64,000 nt of DNA from Hyalangium minutum. GTDB taxonomy: Bacteria > Myxococcota > Myxococcia > Myxococcales > Myxococcaceae. Shown piece after piece: positions 58,909 to 64,000 of this stretch (position 1 is the stretch's first letter; every line of letters begins with the position of its first letter). The DNA lies in contig NZ_JMCB01000006.1 of assembly GCF_000737315.1 (NCBI RefSeq), forward strand, positions 558,001 to 622,000. Reading direction: 5' to 3'. The notes below the pieces were generated by a model that did not search any database, was not told the DNA's origin, and saw only the letters and a list, made by a program, of their open reading frames with translations. Position numbers and translations under genes: made by a program.

Positions 58909-59633
58909 GCGGAGGAGCCATCTATCAGGAGTCTCTTCGGGTGCTTCGCAAGCTGGCGCTTCCCGAGCAGGCCGAGCGGGACGTGATGGCCGCGCTGGAG
59001 GCGGCGCACCCAGGGCCTCTCGCGCTGCTGTACGAGGCCGGCGTGGAGGCCGGGCTCCAGCGCGAGTCGCTGCTGATCCGCGGCGCGGGCATCTTCCTCA
59101 GCTTCGCCGCGGGCAACCTCGCGGATGATCTCAGCGATGGGGACTGCACGTACTACACGCGGCCGTTCCAGGTCGGGCCCTACGTGCAGTTCCTCCTGCA
59201 GAACATGGCCTGGTCCACGCTGGCACGGGCGGACATCCCCTCGAATGTGCTCACCGAGGCGGCGTTGGTGCTGGCGCAGGCCGCCGGTCCCCAGGCCCTG
59301 GAGGTGCGGACGCTGGAGTGGACGGCGCCCGTCTTCCGGCAGGTGGCCGAGGGGCTCGCGGGGCAGCAGTGGGCCTCGTACCTGCGCCTGCTCTGGGCTG
59401 GGACGCCGCTGGCGGAGTGCTCGGTGGCGGGCCACCTGCTGGGCATCGCCGCCCACGTCGCCGAAGACATCCGCTCCAAGGACCGGCGCTTCTTCAGCAT
59501 GCCCGAGGAGGATCAGCGCGAGGTGGTGCGCTGGGCCCGGGCAGGCATGGAGGGCGTGCGGCGCCAGGGCCTGCGCTGCCTGGACGCGGCGCTGCGCCGA
59601 ATCGATCCCATTCTTCCGGAGGTCACACCATGA
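58905..59633 (+). CDS. Class I isoprenoid-synthase-fold protein (ComQ-like prenyltransferase?)
   Basis: LADDLSDGD (DDxxD) motif, degenerate second motif HVAEDI, all-helical, 242 aa; ATGA overlaps at both ends. Confidence 0.65.
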   Translation: MSGGAIYQESLRVLRKLALPEQAERDVMAALEAAHPGPLALLYEAGVEAGLQRESLLIRGAGIFLSFAAGNLADDLSDGDCTYYTRPFQVGPYVQFLLQNMAWSTLARADIPSNVLTEAALVLAQAAGPQALEVRTLEWTAPVFRQVAEGLAGQQWASYLRLLWAGTPLAECSVAGHLLGIAAHVAEDIRSKDRRFFSMPEEDQREVVRWARAGMEGVRRQGLRCLDAALRRIDPILPEVTP

Positions 59634-60496
59634 GCGCTGAAGCACTGCGGCAGGAGCGAGCGGGCACCGAAGTCACCGCGTACTATGAGGCCAAGACGGA
59701 GGGCATCCTCCAGCGCTACGGGCCCGGGCCCCGGGTGCACTACCACATCGGCCTGGTGGACGACACGCCGCCTCCCGGGCTGCCGCCAGCGGCCCTGCGC
59801 ACGCTCATTCACGAGTCCCAAGAGCTGACCATGCGCGAGCTCGCGCTGGACGCGGGAATGCCGCGCCGGGACAGCCACGTGCTGGATGTCGGCTGCGGGC
59901 TCGGAGGCAGCTCGCTGTACTGGGCCTCCGTGCACCGCGCGCGCGTCACCGCCCTCACGAATGTTCCCTCGCACGTTTCCTGGGTGAACCAATTCGCCGC
60001 CGTGGAGGGCGTGGCGGACCGGGTGAACACCGTGCTGTGCGACGCGCTGGAGCTGCCCGGGCGCGAGTGCTTTGACCTCGTGGTGGCGGTGGAGAGCTCG
60101 TGCTACCTGCCGCGCCGCGCGTGGTTCCGCCGTGTGTACTCGCTGCTGCGGCCGGGCGGCATCCTGGCCATCGCGGACTGCTTCCTCGGCCGGCCCGACC
60201 TGGCCGGGCCGTTCGACCAGTACTGGCGCGCGAAGATCGGCACCGTGGAGGAGTACTTCCGCGCAGCGGCCGCAGAGGGCCTGGAGCTGGAGCTCCACCA
60301 GGACATCTCCGGGCGGGCGGTGAACTTCTGGACGCTGACGCTGGACCTCCTCGCGCGGGAGCGGGCCATGCTGCCGCGCTCGAGCCTCGAAGGCCTGGGC
60401 CGCAGCGAGTCCCAGCGCCAGCACCTGCGGCTGCAGCAGGCCTTCCTCGATGGAGGCCTCCACTACGCGATGATGATCCTCCGGCGCCCGGACTGA
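59630..60496 (+). CDS. SAM-dependent methyltransferase resembling prenyl-diphosphate C-methyltransferases
   Basis: HYHIG, LDVGCGLGGS, VESSCY, EEYFRA and AFLDGGLHY match the GPP 2-C-methyltransferase motif order as I recall it. Confidence 0.75.
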   Translation: MSAEALRQERAGTEVTAYYEAKTEGILQRYGPGPRVHYHIGLVDDTPPPGLPPAALRTLIHESQELTMRELALDAGMPRRDSHVLDVGCGLGGSSLYWASVHRARVTALTNVPSHVSWVNQFAAVEGVADRVNTVLCDALELPGRECFDLVVAVESSCYLPRRAWFRRVYSLLRPGGILAIADCFLGRPDLAGPFDQYWRAKIGTVEEYFRAAAAEGLELELHQDISGRAVNFWTLTLDLLARERAMLPRSSLEGLGRSESQRQHLRLQQAFLDGGLHYAMMILRRPD

Positions 60497-60636
60497 AGGC
60501 CCATCCTCAGGGGTGCCAGCCCCTGCCTGCCTGGCTGCCCTGGGGCCTTGTAGGAGGACCTGCGCCTTTGTCCCATGCCTCTCCGGGGGAGAGCCCCCAG
60601 CCTTCTGGGCAACTCCAACCCAAAAGGGAGACGGAC

Positions 60637-61161
60637 ATGACTTTCAAGCGAATGATGGCTCTGGGTGCGGTGGCTGCGGCGCTGGCGTTCACCGGGTGTC
60701 AGGACCGGACCCGGACCGAGCAGGAGCTGGGCACCGGTGGCTCGGGCACCCCGGTGCAGCAGCCCGCAGGTGAGCAGCGCCCCATGGACTCCACCATTCC
60801 GGGCAGCAGCAACACCATCGGAGGGACTCCCCAGGATCAGACCCAGCCGGGGATCGAGCTGGGCGGCACGGGAGCCACGGGCGGCTCGGGCTCGATGAAT
60901 GACACCGGCGGCACGACCCACGACACGGTGGTCCCGCCGGCCAATGACCTGGACCATGGCAGCTCGGGCAGCGTGCACCAGCCGGGCACGGGGGATTCGC
61001 TGGACACCAGCGGCACCGGTGGCTCGGGCATGGACATGGACACCAACACCCTGCCCCAGGACAGCCTGGACGAGAAGAACCGGGACCCGAGCACCCTGGA
61101 TCAGCGCAACCAGCTCGATGACCAGGAGAACATCGGCGACACGAACACCGAGGCCCGCTAG
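60637..61161 (+). CDS. Low-complexity Gly/Thr/Asp-rich lipoprotein
   Basis: Lipobox FTGC; repeated GTGGSG; GGGAG RBS. Confidence 0.7.
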   Translation: MTFKRMMALGAVAAALAFTGCQDRTRTEQELGTGGSGTPVQQPAGEQRPMDSTIPGSSNTIGGTPQDQTQPGIELGGTGATGGSGSMNDTGGTTHDTVVPPANDLDHGSSGSVHQPGTGDSLDTSGTGGSGMDMDTNTLPQDSLDEKNRDPSTLDQRNQLDDQENIGDTNTEAR

Positions 61162-61243
61162 CCCGCCACTTCAGGGCTGAACTTCAGTGGCCATGGGGCC
61201 CGGGATGGCGCGAGCCCTTCCCGGGCCCTGATTTCGGAACTCG

Positions 61244-61618
61244 GTGAGCTTCGGGGCGGAGGCAGTGGCCGCGTACGAGCTGAAGATGGAGAACGCCTAC
61301 GAGTACAAGGGTGACATCCGCTGGGCGCTGACCGCCGAGGGCAAGACGCGCAAGGGCAAGGTGCCGGCGAGGGATCAGATCGCACCGGAGCTGCTGACCT
61401 TCAGTGACTGCATCATCGAAGGACGGGACCCCGAGCCGGACGGCTGGGAGGGGTTGGCGGACGTGCGCATCATCCGCGCGCTCTACGAGTCCGCGCGCAC
61501 GGGCCAGCCGGTGAAGCTGGCGCCCTTCGAGAAGCCCCAGCGGCCGACGAAGGAGCAGGAGGAGCACCGCCCACCGGCGAAGGAGCCCGACTACGTCAAC
61601 GTGCAGCCTCCGTCGTAG
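61244..61618 (+). pseudogene. C-terminal fragment of a Gfo/Idh/MocA oxidoreductase
   Basis: DQIAPELLTFSDCI, EGLADVRIIRALYESARTG; no Rossmann domain; in-frame stop at 61229-61231. Confidence 0.8.
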
Positions 61619-61621
61619 CCG

Positions 61622-62380
61622 CTACTCCGGGGCCGCGCACAGCGCGTGCTCCGCGCTGTACGCACCGGAGAGCGGCGCACCGTCGTCACGGCCGTGGTAC
61701 TCGTGCCACCAGCGCGCGGCCTGCCAGATGGCCTCGGGGCAGCTCGCGCTGCTGGCGTTGCCCGGCGACAGCTCGAAGCCGGCCGCGCCCAGCACCAGCT
61801 CCACCATGGCCGCCGAGGGCAGGCCGAAGCCATCCAGCAGTGGGTTGGTGGCCCGGCCCGCGCCCCACACGTACGGCAGCCACCGCGTCACCAGATCCAC
61901 CGCGTCCAGCGTGGAGCGCTGGCGCATGAAGCGCTGCACGGTGTCGCGCACCGGCGCCGCCTCCAGCGGCACGTGCAGCACCGCGATGTTGGGGAACCGT
62001 CCCGCATCGTCATAGCGGCGCAGGTCCGCGCGCTGGACGCCATTGGTCGGCGGCGGGTAGCCAAAGCCTCCTGCGGGGTCGAGGGAGATCTCCCAGGCCG
62101 CGGCGGAGGTCAGCTCGTCCGCGCTGGACTCCACCAGCACCACGTGGGACCAGGCGCTGGGCGTCAGGTCATGCCGCACCTGGGACTGCGCCACGCGCAG
62201 CCGGAAGGAGATGGGATCGCTCCCGCCGAGCAGCACCAGGAGGGGCCCGCCGCCGCCCTTCTTTCCCCTCCCCTTCAGCGCACGGCCGAGCCAGCCGAGG
62301 TTCGTCTGATTGCGTGCGCGCGCCTGGCACACGAGGTTCGGGTTGGGCGCGGTGGCGGGAGAGGAGCGGATGTCGAGCAT
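61622..62380 (-). CDS. Permuted papain-like (NlpC/P60, YiiX-type) protein with atypical catalytic position
   Basis: SAWSHVVLV His motif precedes LPSAAMVE (Cys position replaced) and SCPEAIW. Confidence 0.5.
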   Translation of the reverse strand: MLDIRSSPATAPNPNLVCQARARNQTNLGWLGRALKGRGKKGGGGPLLVLLGGSDPISFRLRVAQSQVRHDLTPSAWSHVVLVESSADELTSAAAWEISLDPAGGFGYPPPTNGVQRADLRRYDDAGRFPNIAVLHVPLEAAPVRDTVQRFMRQRSTLDAVDLVTRWLPYVWGAGRATNPLLDGFGLPSAAMVELVLGAAGFELSPGNASSASCPEAIWQAARWWHEYHGRDDGAPLSGAYSAEHALCAAPE

Positions 62381-62392
62381 GACAGGGACTCG

Positions 62393-63832
62393 CTAGCGGT
62401 GGCGGAGGACGAAGGGAGAAGCGGTGGTGGGCTGCAGGGTGGGGTGCAGCGGGTAGTAGCGCGGCGTCACCTCGAGGCTGTCGCCCCGGCGCCGGAAGGC
62501 CAGCACGCACACGTTGTTGCCGCGGTGGCGGTAGAGCGTGTAGCCGAAGAAGGGCGAGCGCGCCCCCTCCAGCTCCACCACGCCCCCCACCAGCGTGGCG
62601 TCCGAGTGCCGGGGCCACGGGTTTCGCTTGTCCGCCTGCGCCACGGCAATGGGGTCCCGGACCGGCGTGACAACGAGCGAGGTGGGCGAGCTGATTACCT
62701 CGATCATCTGCATCCCGCTGGCGAGCGCGTCCTTCGGAGACAGGCGCAGGATGCGGCCCCAGTGCATGTCGCCGGTGAGGAGCAGCACGTCACTGCCCTC
62801 GCGCATCAGCCGGTCCAGCTGTCCCATCAGGAAGCGGAAGTCGGCGTAGTTGTTCATCGTCGAGTCGCCGAACCGGCGGTTGAGCTCTCCTGCCCTGCTC
62901 ATGGGCAGCGACTGGCCGGTGGCGAAGACGCCAAACTTGCGCTCGCGGATGCAGCGCGACACCCAGTCCGCCAGCGCGTCGCGGGCCCCGGGCGTCATGG
63001 TGAACTGGAAGTCCGGGTCGCGCCATGAGCGCGCATCCAGGAGGAAGAAGGAGAGCGGATCCACGTCGATCTGCACGGGCGTGCCCACCGGCGTGGGGTC
63101 CACGTGCTGGAACTGCCCGTACAGCATCCGCGCCACATCCGCCCACGCCGCGCGCCCCGCAGCGTTCCAGGTGTTCTGCGACTGGACCGAGGGCATGGGG
63201 AAGTTGTTCCAGTAGTCGTGGTCGTCCGGCACGCACGCATACGGCGCGGCGTGGATCACCTTGGCGTAGGCGCCGTCGTCGAACCAGCTGCGCGCGTAGT
63301 CCTGCTCGAAGTTGCGCGCGAGCGCGGGGCGCGCATCCGGCAGATTCTGCAGCGGAGGCAGATCCAGGTACACCTGATCCCCGAGCAGCAGGAGCATGTC
63401 TGGCGTGACGCCCCGGAGAATGGCGTCCAAGGACTTGCCCGCCATACCTCCCCGGTCCTCGTCCGGGTAGAAGCACGAGGAGAGCAGCAGCTGAAAGCCT
63501 GTCTCCAGCCCCGTGGGCACGGCGCTCGGCACCACTCGCAGGGACGACGTGACAGGAGGTGCACCGTCCACGCTCACGCCCACCCGGAACGCGCGAGCCA
63601 CCTCCCCGGGCACGGAGAACTCATAGAGGCCCGCGAAGATGCGCGGGCTGTCGCCCCCGAGAAATGGGCCCGAGCGCACGCTCTGAATGGGGCGCAGGGC
63701 ACGAGGCTCCGCGGGCTGCCCGTCCAGGCTCCAGCTCAGCGCGGGGGCCGTGGTCCGCTCCCGAGCCCCGAGCCAGACTCGCAAGCGGCCAGCGCCGGCG
63801 GCACACGCATGCAGGACGACGTTGGCGCTCAT
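62393..63832 (-). CDS. PhoD-like metallophosphoesterase without export signal
   Basis: LGDQVYLD, PDDHDYWNN, FFLLDARSWR and LTGDMHWG motifs. Confidence 0.8.
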   Translation of the reverse strand: MSANVVLHACAAGAGRLRVWLGARERTTAPALSWSLDGQPAEPRALRPIQSVRSGPFLGGDSPRIFAGLYEFSVPGEVARAFRVGVSVDGAPPVTSSLRVVPSAVPTGLETGFQLLLSSCFYPDEDRGGMAGKSLDAILRGVTPDMLLLLGDQVYLDLPPLQNLPDARPALARNFEQDYARSWFDDGAYAKVIHAAPYACVPDDHDYWNNFPMPSVQSQNTWNAAGRAAWADVARMLYGQFQHVDPTPVGTPVQIDVDPLSFFLLDARSWRDPDFQFTMTPGARDALADWVSRCIRERKFGVFATGQSLPMSRAGELNRRFGDSTMNNYADFRFLMGQLDRLMREGSDVLLLTGDMHWGRILRLSPKDALASGMQMIEVISSPTSLVVTPVRDPIAVAQADKRNPWPRHSDATLVGGVVELEGARSPFFGYTLYRHRGNNVCVLAFRRRGDSLEVTPRYYPLHPTLQPTTASPFVLRHR

Positions 63833-64000
63833 GTCCCCTCGGGGTGATGCGGGACGGACGACCCAGCCTCACCCTCCGAATTAGCACGCCGTTCCGACGC
63901 GGCGATACGCCCCTTCAGGACACGGTCGGCGAGACAACGGTGGAAGTGGGCTATGCTTCGTGCATGGCCGAGAAAAAGAGCGCAGCCCTCGTCAACCACA

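Noticed and set aside
57170-60496. Linking the operon to a specific known myxobacterial pheromone or to 2-methylisoborneol
   Set aside because: No recognisable terpene cyclase NSE/DTE motif and no cNMP-binding partner; nothing in the sequence identifies the product.
63964-64000. Possible CDS start MAEKKSAALVNH at the right edge
   Set aside because: Only 12 codons are visible, so it cannot be assigned.

Overview
High-GC (about 70% by eye) myxobacterial chromosome segment; the gene content fits Archangiaceae/Cystobacterineae, but this is inferred from gene families only. Left to right: (1) a divergent, probably biosynthetic cluster with an IDO/PrnB-like heme protein cut by the window edge, a DUF6875-like protein, a glutamine amidotransferase, a DUF6081-like protein, a flavin-dependent halogenase and a luciferase-like monooxygenase. 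(2) Peptidase E, GST, two diheme c-type cytochrome lipoproteins and an M14 peptidase. (3) A BlaI/BlaR1(M56) module whose sensor carries 29-aa repeats shared with the downstream secreted protein, then a DUF5916-like barrel and AsmA. (4) A lower-GC accessory patch (about 25.6-30.4 kb) with an RCC1 lipoprotein and an orphan DUF3396 immunity gene, followed by an MCP. (5) A complete kdp locus (porin, two micropeptides, kdpABC, split kdpD, sigma54 activator) flanked by two paralogous 4-Cys membrane proteins. (6) A second lower-GC patch (about 44.7-50.3 kb) with toxin/immunity-like genes, a truncated serine recombinase, dense cis-repeats and a BstA-like antiphage gene. (7) MtfA-like and M16 peptidases, and a translationally coupled four-gene operon: small protein, multi-TM histidine kinase, ComQ-like DDxxD prenyl enzyme and GPP-methyltransferase-like enzyme. 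This operon is my best candidate for an undescribed isoprenoid signalling system. (8) A GFO pseudogene and a PhoD-like plus permuted-papain gene pair. No tRNA, rRNA or CRISPR array is supported. All family assignments come from motif recognition, not database searches.
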